A stretch of DNA of 64,000 nucleotides from Bradymonadia bacterium (GTDB taxonomy: Bacteria > Myxococcota_A > Bradymonadia > UBA7976 > UBA1532): positions 32,001 through 96,000 of the forward strand of contig JBKAGE010000039.1 of NCBI GenBank assembly GCA_046290225.1, in the 5' to 3' direction. This document shows positions 20,356-30,038 of this stretch, piece by piece (position 1 is the first letter of the stretch; each line of letters starts with the position of its first letter). The notes under the pieces were generated by a model that ran no database searches, had not been told where the DNA came from, and saw only the letters and a list, made by a program, of their open reading frames with translations. Position numbers and translations under genes: made by a program.

Positions 20356-21861
20356 TCACTCCCCAGTCACATAGAGACCGCCGAGGCACATCTCGTCGGT
20401 GGTGCCTTCACCCCAGGATACGTCGGCGGGGGCTCGGACTTCGCCATCGATGATGGGTTGGTTGGCGGCGGAGTTGTCCCAGCTGCAGCCCATCCAGAGG
20501 GCGTCTCCGGGACGCAGCGTCACCGAGTCTTCGAGGGCGTAGCTGCCCTGCCAGTTGAAGTCCCAGTCGGGGATGTCGAGCACGCAGGTGTTGCTGCCGT
20601 CGGCGTGGCGGATCTCCGTCCGCTGGCTCCGCCCGAGGCCGTGCATGTGGTGGTTGGCAGAATGGATCACCAGAGGTGCCCCCTCGGGCAGCCCCAGCGC
20701 CTGCCGAGCGCGGTCGACGAGGAAGGAGTCGTAGGTCAACAGGGTGGAGTGCTCCACCTTGGACTCACCAGCGGGGATGGTCATGGGCTCACCGATGAGG
20801 CCATTGCTGATCCAGCCGAGATCCACCATGGCGAGGTTGGTGGCCTCGCGCTCCACCGCCGGGGCGGTGGCGATCTCGATGCTGGACTGATCGGCCACCG
20901 GGGCCGAGCTCAGGGTGTTGTAGTGCATTTGCACCACCATCATCGAGCCGGGCTCAACGGGGATTCCGGTGCCCGCGGGGAGTGGCCGCTCCGGGTTGCC
21001 AGGCACCCACGAGCCGATGGTGGAGAAGCCCGCGGTGCCCATGGTGCCGCCACCGCCGAGCTCTTCGATGAGGGCGCTGAGCTGCGCCGCGGTGAGGTTG
21101 CCGGAGCGCACGTCGGCGAGAGAGAGCCCGAGGGTCTCGAGGGCGGCGAGCAACCGCGCGGGATCCACGTTGTCGAAGCCTCCAGCGCCGCCGCCCTGTG
21201 GGCCGCCATAGCACGTGTACCCCGGGCCCTCTTCCGCGGCGTCGTAGGCCATGAACTCTTCCACTTGATCAGGGCCAATCAAGAACACGATGACGTGGTG
21301 CACGATGGCCCGCTGGTCGGGCTTCACCCGGAGCCCGGTGACGAAGCGTTTCTCATCTGCAGGCCAGGGGATCAGCTGACAGCGATAGTCGTCGGGCTCG
21401 AGCACGGGCGTATAGGGCTCGGGGAGCTTCACGACGATGTCGGTCTCGTAGGGGGCCGGGGCTGCCACGGCCTCAGGGGCGTCGGCGGGATCACCCTCCA
21501 GGCTCTCGCCCTCGAGCCAGGCCATGAGGTCGGCCTTCTCGTCGTCGGTGATGTCGATGTTCCCTGCGTAGGTGTTACACGCGTCATCGGGCTGCCAGGG
21601 GGGCATGGTGCCGTTGGCGATGCTCGCCTGCACGGGCACCTTGAAGGCCATGACCTCTTCATAAGTGGTGAGGGAGAAGGGGCCGATGTCGCCAGGGCGG
21701 TGACAGTTGGCGCAGCGGGCATCGATGATGGCTTTGACGTCCTTGTAGTAGGTCAGCGCCTCTGTCGAGGGGGCATTCTCAGCGGGGGCTGGCGTCGCGG
21801 AGTCGTCGTTGCCGCAGCCGAAGGTGAGCAGCAGCGGGAGCAGCACAAGGCATCGTTTCAT
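20356..21861 (-). CDS. Copper type II (PHM/DBH-like) monooxygenase lipoprotein with N-terminal c-type heme domain
   Basis: FGC lipobox, CANCH + MPPW, DDYRC, IVHHVI, QMHYN, HHMHGLG, WDFNWQ, WGEGTTDEMC. Confidence 0.85.
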   Translation of the reverse strand: MKRCLVLLPLLLTFGCGNDDSATPAPAENAPSTEALTYYKDVKAIIDARCANCHRPGDIGPFSLTTYEEVMAFKVPVQASIANGTMPPWQPDDACNTYAGNIDITDDEKADLMAWLEGESLEGDPADAPEAVAAPAPYETDIVVKLPEPYTPVLEPDDYRCQLIPWPADEKRFVTGLRVKPDQRAIVHHVIVFLIGPDQVEEFMAYDAAEEGPGYTCYGGPQGGGAGGFDNVDPARLLAALETLGLSLADVRSGNLTAAQLSALIEELGGGGTMGTAGFSTIGSWVPGNPERPLPAGTGIPVEPGSMMVVQMHYNTLSSAPVADQSSIEIATAPAVEREATNLAMVDLGWISNGLIGEPMTIPAGESKVEHSTLLTYDSFLVDRARQALGLPEGAPLVIHSANHHMHGLGRSQRTEIRHADGSNTCVLDIPDWDFNWQGSYALEDSVTLRPGDALWMGCSWDNSAANQPIIDGEVRAPADVSWGEGTTDEMCLGGLYVTGE

Positions 21862-22045
21862 GTCGACCTCAGGGGGCAGGGGGGCATTCTCGGTATGGCC
21901 TGAGGCTCAACGATAGGTGGCAGTTGTTGAGCAAATATGAAGCGTCGACACAACGTGCTGCCCGAGCGCTCACGATGTGCTCAATATGGGTCGAGTACAG
22001 CGTCACGCTCGCCCCGCTGCTCGAACCTGTTGCATGAGAGGTGCG

Positions 22046-22729
22046 ATGTCCGAGTCTCCCCATATTCTCATCGTCGAGGACGATCTCGGCGTGGTGCAGG
22101 GCCTCGTGCGTGGCTTGCAACATGCAGGCTTCGAAACCAGCCTCGCCATGGCCGGCGACGAAGCCCTCGGGCGGATTCTGAGCGAGTCCTTCGATCTCGT
22201 GCTGCTCGACCTGATGTTGCCCGAGCGCGACGGCTTCGAGGTGCTCGAAGCGGTGCGGACCCGGGTCTCGGTGCCCATCATCGTGGTCTCTGCCCGGACC
22301 GAGCTCGGGGCGCGCCTGAAGAGCTTCGAGCGAGGCGCTGTGGACTTCGTGCCCAAGCCGTTCTTCATGGAAGAGCTGGTGGCCCGCATCAGAGCACGGC
22401 TCGCATTGAGCAGTGCAGCCCCTCGCCGGGCGCTGCAGATCGTCGATGTCACCCTCGATCTCGACGCCAGGGTAGCCCGTCGAGGCGAGTCCGATCTGGG
22501 GCTCACCACTCACGAGTTCAATGTGCTGGCCTTCTTGCGCGAGCGGGCAGGGCGGGCCTTCACCCGGGCCCAGATCGCCAACAACGCGCTGCCGGAGAGC
22601 GGGGAGCGCGGGGAGCGCACGGTAGACAGCCACCTCTCCCGCATTCGAAAGAAGCTCGGCGCCGAGGCTGCAGAGCAGATTCAGACGGTGTGGGGCATCG
22701 GCTACCGCTGCGCTGAAGAGGCCCCATGA
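22046..22729 (+). CDS. OmpR-family response regulator
   Basis: ILIVEDD, LDLMLP, GAVDFVPKPF, RTVDSHLSRIRKKLG, TVWGIGY. Confidence 0.9.
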   Translation: MSESPHILIVEDDLGVVQGLVRGLQHAGFETSLAMAGDEALGRILSESFDLVLLDLMLPERDGFEVLEAVRTRVSVPIIVVSARTELGARLKSFERGAVDFVPKPFFMEELVARIRARLALSSAAPRRALQIVDVTLDLDARVARRGESDLGLTTHEFNVLAFLRERAGRAFTRAQIANNALPESGERGERTVDSHLSRIRKKLGAEAAEQIQTVWGIGYRCAEEAP

Positions 22730-24054
22730 CCCGGCGTTTGTCCCGTGGGATCCTGGTGAGCGCCGCCTCGAGCGTGGTGCTCGCCGGGTTGCTCGTCATC
22801 GTGGCGTTGGCATTGGCGCGCCCCACCCTGCGCCGGGCGGCGCTCGACAGCGTGATCCACGCCGCCGACTTCGAGACGTGTACCGCACACCCCGAGGCGT
22901 GGGGCTGGCGGTCGGGCAACCTCTCGTTCTTCGCCTATGACCGCAGCGGCCGCTCCACAAATCCGCTGGCTGTGCCCCTGGAGCCCGATCTGCTCGAGCA
23001 TGTGCTCACCACTGGAACCCCAGCTGAGTTGTTCGAGCGACATCGGGCTGTCTCGGTGGTGCCCAACGGGCCTGAGGGCCCCTGCGCGCTGATCCGCATC
23101 AGCTCGGGCAACATCGCCGCGGCCACCCTGCCTGGGGCCCTCGGCATGCTCGGGCTCTCCATCATCGGCGGCATGTTGCTCGCGGCTATGGGCACTTTCT
23201 GGTTCGTGGTGCGGCCACTGCGACGGCGCATCGATGCCCTGGCGATCTCTGCCAGCGGGGTGGGGGCGGAGGAGTTCACCCCTGAAGAGGCGACCCCTGA
23301 TGCCCTTGGCCACATCGCCGAGGTGCTCGCTTCGAGCCACACCCGTGTGGTGGAGACCCGAGAGGCCCTCGAGCAGCGCAACCAGGCCCTCGAAGAGCAC
23401 CTCACGGGCATCGCTCACGATCTGCGCACACCCCTGTCGAGCATGCAGCTGGCTCTGGAGGCCGTTGCGGGGGAAGCGAAGGGGCCACTGCAGCAGGAGG
23501 CGCGGCGAGCCCTCGCCGACATGGTGTATCTCTCATCACTGGTGGAGAACCTGCACCAAGCCACCCGCCTGCGCCACGCCGTCGACGTATCCTCCGGGGT
23601 GGTGGAGCTCGGTGAGCTGGTCCGTCGCCTGGAGCGTCGCTTCGTCATCGTGGGCCGACACGCCAGCGTAGAGGTGGCGGCGAGCATCCCCGAAGCGCCG
23701 ATCTGGGCGGCCTGTACGCCGGCCCTCGCCGAGCGAGCCATCGCCAACCTGATCCAGAATGCCATCGAGCACAACTCTGGGCCGGGGCATGTGGCCATCA
23801 CCCTCACGGCCGACGCCTCGACCAACCGCTTCGAGGTGTGCGTCGCAGATGATGGCCCGGGGCTGCCCGAGGAGATGCTCGCCAGCCTCGACGACGAGAC
23901 GTTCCTGCTCGAGTCCGCCCGCCGCCGGGGCCCCAGTCTGGGCATGTTGATCACCGCTGAGGTGGCCCGCCGAGCGGGCTGGTCGGTGCGCTACGCGCCG
24001 TTGGCGCCCACGGGGCTCTCGGTGCACATTGAAGGGCCAGTGACGTTCGAGTAA
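22726..24054 (+). CDS. Sensor histidine kinase
   Basis: Two TM segments, IAHDLRTPL, NLIQNA, DDGPG; degenerate G2 box (GPSLGM). Confidence 0.88.
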   Translation: MTRRLSRGILVSAASSVVLAGLLVIVALALARPTLRRAALDSVIHAADFETCTAHPEAWGWRSGNLSFFAYDRSGRSTNPLAVPLEPDLLEHVLTTGTPAELFERHRAVSVVPNGPEGPCALIRISSGNIAAATLPGALGMLGLSIIGGMLLAAMGTFWFVVRPLRRRIDALAISASGVGAEEFTPEEATPDALGHIAEVLASSHTRVVETREALEQRNQALEEHLTGIAHDLRTPLSSMQLALEAVAGEAKGPLQQEARRALADMVYLSSLVENLHQATRLRHAVDVSSGVVELGELVRRLERRFVIVGRHASVEVAASIPEAPIWAACTPALAERAIANLIQNAIEHNSGPGHVAITLTADASTNRFEVCVADDGPGLPEEMLASLDDETFLLESARRRGPSLGMLITAEVARRAGWSVRYAPLAPTGLSVHIEGPVTFE

Positions 24055-24057
24055 TCA

Positions 24058-24918
24058 TCACTCGGGGGCGTTGACCCGTCCTTCGAACCGGCGCTTCTCG
24101 GTGAGAAGGCGAGGCACCAGAAAGTTGATCAGCGCCCTGACCCGAGCGGAGCGGTGCAGGTCGGCGTGGACAAGGAGCCACAGCTGATCCGCAGCCACCG
24201 GTGCGCCGACGCGCCGCAAGGTCGGATCGGCATCTCCAATGAAGCAGGGCAGCACCCCTTGAGCGCCAGATGGCGCCAGGACGGCATACATGCCCATCAC
24301 ACCGTGCACCATCATGCGGGGTCGGGCATTAGGGAACATCTTTCGCCGCCACTGAACCGCCCGGGCATGATCCATACCGACATAGTGCACCCACGGCAGC
24401 TCGGTCCCTTCGGTCTCCGCAGGGGCATAGTGGCCCCAGGCCAGATCACACAGATGACGACCGATGGCTGTACTCAGCGGTTGAGTTGTGGCCCGAAAGG
24501 CGATGTCGGTCTCTCGATGCAGGTCGAGCAGCAGGTCGTTGGGCTGCAAAATCGGGCGGATGCCACCACAAACCTTGGAGAACTCGGTCAAGTGAGGGGT
24601 GAGCATCGTCAACATCATCAATGGCAGAGTGATCCGGACCTCACCTGAAGCCTGCTGATCGTGCCCCACGACAGCGCGGGTCGCGGAAAAGACCGCTTCC
24701 TCCACCTCCTCGGCGTGGGGCAACAGCGCTTCTCCCGCCTGAGTCAGTTGGTAACCGCGTGGATCCTTCGTGAAGAGGCTCGAGCCCACCGCCTCTTCGA
24801 AGGCGGCGAGGCGCCGGTGCAAGGTGGACACGCTCACCGCCAGCTCTGCCGCGGCGCCGGTCAAGGTGCCTGCCCTCGCCACCGCGAGGAACAGCCGTAG
24901 ATCGTCCCATCGATCCAT
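24058..24918 (-). CDS. LysR-family transcriptional regulator
   Basis: MDRWDDLRLFLAVARAGTLTGAA, WLLVHADLHRSARVRA. Confidence 0.9.
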   Translation of the reverse strand: MDRWDDLRLFLAVARAGTLTGAAAELAVSVSTLHRRLAAFEEAVGSSLFTKDPRGYQLTQAGEALLPHAEEVEEAVFSATRAVVGHDQQASGEVRITLPLMMLTMLTPHLTEFSKVCGGIRPILQPNDLLLDLHRETDIAFRATTQPLSTAIGRHLCDLAWGHYAPAETEGTELPWVHYVGMDHARAVQWRRKMFPNARPRMMVHGVMGMYAVLAPSGAQGVLPCFIGDADPTLRRVGAPVAADQLWLLVHADLHRSARVRALINFLVPRLLTEKRRFEGRVNAPE

Positions 24919-24920
24919 TT

Positions 24921-24933
24921 TTCATTTCCGGAA
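24921..24933. promoter_or_regulatory. LysR T-N11-A box
   Basis: TTC-ATTTCCG-GAA directly beside the LysR start codon in the divergent promoter. Confidence 0.55.
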
Positions 24934-25076
24934 TATGGTTTTGGTTAATCTGCCATATGTTTTCCATTGGTGGGTCAGTAAGGTGTCTCCAGTCAACCTG
25001 AATTTTGCATGGGTGAGGACGCACGGCGGCAAAGGGGTCGAGCTGCGTCCGGACCCCGATGAGAAGGAGATCACCT

Positions 25077-26132
25077 ATGTCGACAGTGAATACATGGCGC
25101 GTCTGGATCGCGATGGGCTGCCTCTTGGGCTCCGTGGGATGCTCGGGCAACAGCGAGAGCACCAAGGGAGAGGTGGCTGTCCAGCAGTTCGCCGCCTGTA
25201 AAGCGGAGTTTCAGATCACCGAGCCTGTCGCTGGCCGCCCCTGGACGCCCAACGCCATCAAGCTCGTCTCGAAGGCGCTCTCGCCCGGGGTCTTTGTCGT
25301 CTACGACGAGGGGGCGCCCAACTTGGGTCCACAGGGGATCCCGCTGGCGACGTCAGCGGGCTTCGTCATCGGCGAAGATGGAGTGGTGCTCATCGAGACG
25401 ATGATCAACCGCCAGCTCTTTTGTCAGCTGATCGATCTGGTGCGGGCGGAGACCGACAAGCCACTGCTCTATGCCATCAACACCAGCCATCATGGCGATC
25501 ACAGCTACGGCAACGCGTTCCTGCCCGAGGGGGTGCAGGTGGTGCAGCACCGGGGCACAGTGGATTTCATAACCGATCCCGAGGCGTTCGCGGGTGACGT
25601 GGCTTTCATGGAGGCCAACTTCGGCGATGATCAGGGCATCGACGAGGTCACCGCTGTCAGGGCCGATGTCATCGTCGAGGACTCTGGCTGGTCCGTGGAC
25701 ATCGGGGGCCGAACCGTCGAGGCTCTCTATCTGGGCTTTGGGCAGACCCACGGCGATCTCTTCGTTTATGTGCCCGAGGCCAACGTGGTGTGGACCGGCA
25801 ACCCCATCGTCGCCCGGGCCCCTGCGTTGCCCTGGCTCCTTGATGGCCACGCCAAAGAGGTGCGTGAGACCCTCATCGGTTTGAGAGACAGGTTCCCGGG
25901 TGCCACGATCATCCCTGGTCACGACGAGCCCCGGGTGGTGAGCGATCTCGACTTCGCCATCGAGTACTTGGGGGTGATGATCGACGAGGTACAGAGCGCT
26001 GTCGATGGCGCGAAAACGCTGGAAGAGACCGTCGCCAGCGTCACCATGGAGCGATTCCAGGGGTACGCCCTCTGGGATTGGGTGCACAGCGTGGTGAACG
26101 TCCCAGCCACTTACAACGAGCTCAGCAAGTGA
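25077..26132 (+). CDS. MBL-fold metallohydrolase lipoprotein (cyclase/sulfatase-like)
   Basis: AAGGAG RBS, VGC lipobox, NTSHHGDHSYGN, GQTHGD, IPGH. Confidence 0.8.
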   Translation: MSTVNTWRVWIAMGCLLGSVGCSGNSESTKGEVAVQQFAACKAEFQITEPVAGRPWTPNAIKLVSKALSPGVFVVYDEGAPNLGPQGIPLATSAGFVIGEDGVVLIETMINRQLFCQLIDLVRAETDKPLLYAINTSHHGDHSYGNAFLPEGVQVVQHRGTVDFITDPEAFAGDVAFMEANFGDDQGIDEVTAVRADVIVEDSGWSVDIGGRTVEALYLGFGQTHGDLFVYVPEANVVWTGNPIVARAPALPWLLDGHAKEVRETLIGLRDRFPGATIIPGHDEPRVVSDLDFAIEYLGVMIDEVQSAVDGAKTLEETVASVTMERFQGYALWDWVHSVVNVPATYNELSK

Positions 26133-26160
26133 GCTCTGTGAAGGCGGGAGGTCGAATCTC

Positions 26161-27720
26161 ATGAGTCAGCACAACGATGTATCAAAGCCAGTCGTCGCTG
26201 GGCGATCGCCCATCGCCGTGGAGCTCGAGCAAGGCAAGGCCTACCATTTCTGCGTATGCGGGCGATCTGCGTCACAACCATATTGCGACGGATCCCACGT
26301 GGGCACGGGCCTCTCGCCCAAACGTTTTGTCGCTGAGGAGACAGGTCAGGCGCATTTGTGCGCCTGTAAACACACAGGCAACGCACCGTTTTGTGATGGC
26401 ACGCACACACGGTTCCAAGAGGCTGATGTGGGCAAGCCCGGGCCAGGGCGCGATGCGAAGTCGGGTGCCCTCCCGGAGCCGGTGCCCTCGCCAGAAGAGC
26501 CCCACGTGGCCCTCATCCATCAGCTGGCAAGAGAGGGCCTGAAGCACCTCGGTCATCACGGCCCGATGACCGCCATGGGCGTGCCCAGAGATCAGCTGCC
26601 CAAGTGGGACGACATCCAAATCATGACGGCACAGCTCGCCCGTAGGCCGCTCATGGAGGAAGAGGCCGTGGACACCCGACTGGTCATCGGGCCACGGGCA
26701 GACAAGCCCCTCACCCTCGACATCCCACTGTTCGTCTCCGACATGAGCTTTGGTGCGCTGTCCGAAGAGGCAAAGATCTCTCTCGCACGGGGTGCAGAGA
26801 TGGCGGGGACGGGCATCTGCTCTGGCGAGGGGGGCATGCTGCCCGAAGAGCAGGCAGAGAACAGCCGCTACTTCTATGAGCTGGCGAGCGCTCAATTCGG
26901 CTTCGACGAGGCGCTGATGCCGCGAGTGCAGGCCTTTCACTTCAAGGGCGGCCAGGGGGCTAAGACCGGCACCGGAGGCCACCTGCCGGGGGAGAAGAAC
27001 CGCGGCAAGATCTCTACAGTGAGAGGCATCCCCGAAGGTCAGCCGGCGATCTCGCCACCCACGTTCAAAGACTTGAAGTCCGTGGACGACTTCCGACGCT
27101 TCGCTGATCGGATCCGGAGCCTCACCGGAGGGATCCCCATCGGCTTCAAGCTCAGCGCCAACCACATCGAGCGTGATGTGCAATTCGCTCTCGACGCCAG
27201 CGCGGACTACATCATCCTCGATGGCCGTGGTGGCGGCACAGGCGCGGCGCCGGCGCTGTTTCGAGATCACATCAGCGTGCCCACGATCCCCGCGTTGTCC
27301 CGAGCGCGTAGATACCTCGATGAGCAGGGGCGCTCTGGTGAGGTGACCCTCATCATCACGGGGGGCTTGAGAACGCCCGCAGACTTCAGCAAGGCCTTGT
27401 GTCTGGGCGCTGACGGCATCGCTGTCTCAAACGCCGCCATGCAGGCCATTGGTTGCGTAGGGGCCAGGATGTGCAACACGAATCAGTGTCCGGCGGGCAT
27501 CGCCACTCAGCAGGAGTCGCTACGAAAGCGCCTGAATGTTCAGATCGCCGCATTGCGTCTGTCGCGCTTCTTCGGCGCGGTCACCGAGCTCATGCAAGTG
27601 ATGGCTCGGGCATGTGGTCACGACAGCTTGGGCGCGTTCTCTATGGACGACATCGCCACATGGCATTACGAACTCTCACGCCTGGCGAGGATCCCCTACG
27701 CAGGAGAGGCGTCACGTTGA
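26161..27720 (+). CDS. FMN-binding glutamate synthase-related protein with two N-terminal CDGSH Fe-S domains
   Basis: CVCGRS..PYCDGSH and CACKHT..PFCDGTH; MSFGALS, SGEGG, QGAKTGTGGHLP, DGRGGGTGAA; Cys cluster CVGARMCNTNQC. Confidence 0.9.
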   Translation: MSQHNDVSKPVVAGRSPIAVELEQGKAYHFCVCGRSASQPYCDGSHVGTGLSPKRFVAEETGQAHLCACKHTGNAPFCDGTHTRFQEADVGKPGPGRDAKSGALPEPVPSPEEPHVALIHQLAREGLKHLGHHGPMTAMGVPRDQLPKWDDIQIMTAQLARRPLMEEEAVDTRLVIGPRADKPLTLDIPLFVSDMSFGALSEEAKISLARGAEMAGTGICSGEGGMLPEEQAENSRYFYELASAQFGFDEALMPRVQAFHFKGGQGAKTGTGGHLPGEKNRGKISTVRGIPEGQPAISPPTFKDLKSVDDFRRFADRIRSLTGGIPIGFKLSANHIERDVQFALDASADYIILDGRGGGTGAAPALFRDHISVPTIPALSRARRYLDEQGRSGEVTLIITGGLRTPADFSKALCLGADGIAVSNAAMQAIGCVGARMCNTNQCPAGIATQQESLRKRLNVQIAALRLSRFFGAVTELMQVMARACGHDSLGAFSMDDIATWHYELSRLARIPYAGEASR

Positions 27721-27728
27721 CGAGTCGG

Positions 27729-28253
27729 TCAGGGGGCCACCAATCGCGCGTCCAGTGTGTTGAAGCCCACTTTCTCGTAGCTCCGAATGGCCCCAGTGTT
27801 GCTCTGGGTGACGTACACTTCGGCCACATGGAGGTCGAGGCCTCTCATCCACGCCTGGGCCCGCTGAAGCAACTGTGTCGATATGCCTCGATGGCGCGCC
27901 TCGGGGCAGACATAGACCCACGAGATCACCCCGATGGCGCCACACAGGTAATAGTCCGTCTGCTGCCCTGCCTGTACGATCCCGAGGGGGGTGTCGCCCT
28001 CAACGGCGAGTTCGATGTGGGTGTGTGGATCATCCACGGCCTTGAGCAGCTCGGCATAGTCTCGATCGACGAGGCTATGGTCCTGGATGTGCGCGCGAAT
28101 GTCCTGCGGTGTCCAGGGCAGACCATAGACCTCGACCCACCCGGCGATGTGGTGTTGCATGTAGTCGTACAGCCAGCGGCGGACGATGTCTTCGTCGTCC
28201 CAGCTCAACGTGCGAAATTGAATCAGTGGGGTGCTCCTTTTACGACCATCCAA
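27729..28253 (-). CDS. GNAT N-acetyltransferase
   Basis: YVCPEARHRGIS and NTGAIRSYEKVGF. Confidence 0.8.
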   Translation of the reverse strand: MDGRKRSTPLIQFRTLSWDDEDIVRRWLYDYMQHHIAGWVEVYGLPWTPQDIRAHIQDHSLVDRDYAELLKAVDDPHTHIELAVEGDTPLGIVQAGQQTDYYLCGAIGVISWVYVCPEARHRGISTQLLQRAQAWMRGLDLHVAEVYVTQSNTGAIRSYEKVGFNTLDARLVAP

Positions 28254-28266
28254 TGGGTGGGGTGCA

Positions 28267-28959
28267 TCAATTCACATCGTCGTCCACCCGCCATGACAGC
28301 CCGATGAACGGGGTGATGTCCTGTGTACCGTGGACCAACTCGTCCACCAGCGGCTTGCCGCCTCGCTGGTCGTAGTACCGGATGCGGTAGTTCACTCGCA
28401 ACGCCACATCCAGCGTCTCAGTGATGGGTACATGGGCGCCGAGGCCGAACATCCAGGCCACCGTCGGCGATGTCTCCAGAGCATCGTCTACATTGCCGGC
28501 GGTGTTCGGCAGATCGCCCCGAGCATCATCCGTTCTGCGGCCCAACAGTCCATACCCCAGCTCCAGATACAGCTGCTTCCACTGGCCCCGAACGACCGGC
28601 CCCAACCACAGCTCCGAGAAGCCTCCGCCGACCTCGCCTTCCACCACTGTCATGTTGTTCTCGTCCAAGCCTTCGAAGCGGCCCGCCCGTCGGGTGCCTG
28701 CGTCATATTGCAAGAAGCCTCCCACCGAGAGAGGGCCCCAAGCGTGCCATGTGGCGTAGGTGACCGCCCCCAGGCGGCTCTCTTCGACGAGTCGCTCTCC
28801 CCGAGCACCGCCGATCTCCGACTTCACCTGCTGCTCGAAGCGGCTGAGGGTGAGGCCGACGTCGAATCGCCATGATTCTGTAGGCCAGGGGCTCTCGGCG
28901 TTGCTGAGGGTCGGCGCGCTGAGGATGAGCAGGCACGGGGCAATGTACAGAGGGCGCAT
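28267..28959 (-). CDS. Probable outer-membrane beta-barrel protein
   Basis: Signal peptide, alternating amphipathic strands, terminal FIGLSWRV strand. Confidence 0.6.
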   Translation of the reverse strand: MRPLYIAPCLLILSAPTLSNAESPWPTESWRFDVGLTLSRFEQQVKSEIGGARGERLVEESRLGAVTYATWHAWGPLSVGGFLQYDAGTRRAGRFEGLDENNMTVVEGEVGGGFSELWLGPVVRGQWKQLYLELGYGLLGRRTDDARGDLPNTAGNVDDALETSPTVAWMFGLGAHVPITETLDVALRVNYRIRYYDQRGGKPLVDELVHGTQDITPFIGLSWRVDDDVN

Positions 28960-29016
28960 GGGCTCGACTCCAAGTCAGGGGGCAGGCAACCTCTTACACC
29001 TCTGAGCGTGCTGGCT

Positions 29017-29895
29017 CTACTCCGTCCAGCCACAGCCGATGTCGAAGAAGTCGCGCGGAGCGTCGATGAGGGTCTGAACCCAGTACATGCGCCAGTCGGT
29101 GGCGAAGAGCGCGAACTTCGCTACATCTTCGTCCTGCTCTGCGGCTGCGAGCATCCATTCGCTGTCGAGGTCCACCCGACCCTCGGCGTTGCCCAGCCCT
29201 GGGATCCTGGTCGACAGCCTGCCGATGTCGGTGCGCTCCGCCCATGGATCCGTCTCTTTGTCCTGGGGCAACATGCCCGGCAGGTCGGACCACGCCTCCA
29301 CGAAGGTCATCTCCCCAGCATCATTGAACGTGAACTCCTCGTAGATGGGGCATGGGCCCTTGCGATACTCGAAGACGACGTAGCAGCGGGCGAAGGGCTG
29401 AGTGTCGAAGAATCTGCAGTCACGGACGGGCACTGTAGAAGGGTCGAGCTCCATCAGTGCGTCGATGTCTTCGATGAGGTCGGCTGCGGTGAAGCCCGTG
29501 AGCAGCAGCCACGGCGGCCATTCCCAGCGGGCGGCAAGCTCCGAATAGTTCGGAAGACTGCCCCGCGGGGCGTCGACGTCGAGGGTGTCGAAGTAGATCG
29601 AGCCCTGCTCGGCGTAATATTCCGGGCTCAGCGTAGGGCTGAGGCAGCCCGCCGTGGCTCCAGGAGTACCGGCGTTCAGGCAGGGGGCCGGCTCGAAAGC
29701 CACCTCGGCGTCGGGCAGGCTGGCGTCAGGCGTTCCCACATCAGCGAAGGCGGCATCAGGTGTACCCGAAGGGCCGCCTCCAGCGGCATCATGAGCACTG
29801 TCGTCGTCACAGCCTGAGAGGCAGAGGGTGCCGCTGAGCATCAACACAAGGCGGAGATCATGCTGGGTGCGTGCCCTGAGCAGAGACGGCTTCAT
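29017..29895 (-). CDS. Hypothetical lipoprotein
   Basis: LSGC-DDD, PDA linker, Cys/Trp-rich globular part (RWEWPPWLLLTG, CPIYEEFTFND). Confidence 0.75.
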   Translation of the reverse strand: MKPSLLRARTQHDLRLVLMLSGTLCLSGCDDDSAHDAAGGGPSGTPDAAFADVGTPDASLPDAEVAFEPAPCLNAGTPGATAGCLSPTLSPEYYAEQGSIYFDTLDVDAPRGSLPNYSELAARWEWPPWLLLTGFTAADLIEDIDALMELDPSTVPVRDCRFFDTQPFARCYVVFEYRKGPCPIYEEFTFNDAGEMTFVEAWSDLPGMLPQDKETDPWAERTDIGRLSTRIPGLGNAEGRVDLDSEWMLAAAEQDEDVAKFALFATDWRMYWVQTLIDAPRDFFDIGCGWTE

Positions 29896-30038
29896 GAGAT
29901 CTCCGTGCGTGATTCAGCAACATCCTCTCACACGCGTCGAGGCGAGAGGCAAGACACCTGTACGCCGACTGGACTGTCCGACAGGTTCGAGATCGATGCT
30001 ATACATGTGCTCCACGCAAGCACCTGCGGAGCCTGTCT

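Noticed and set aside
24990..25070. GGGGTC...GACCCC hairpin in the MBL leader as a riboswitch
   Set aside because: No recognisable aptamer consensus.
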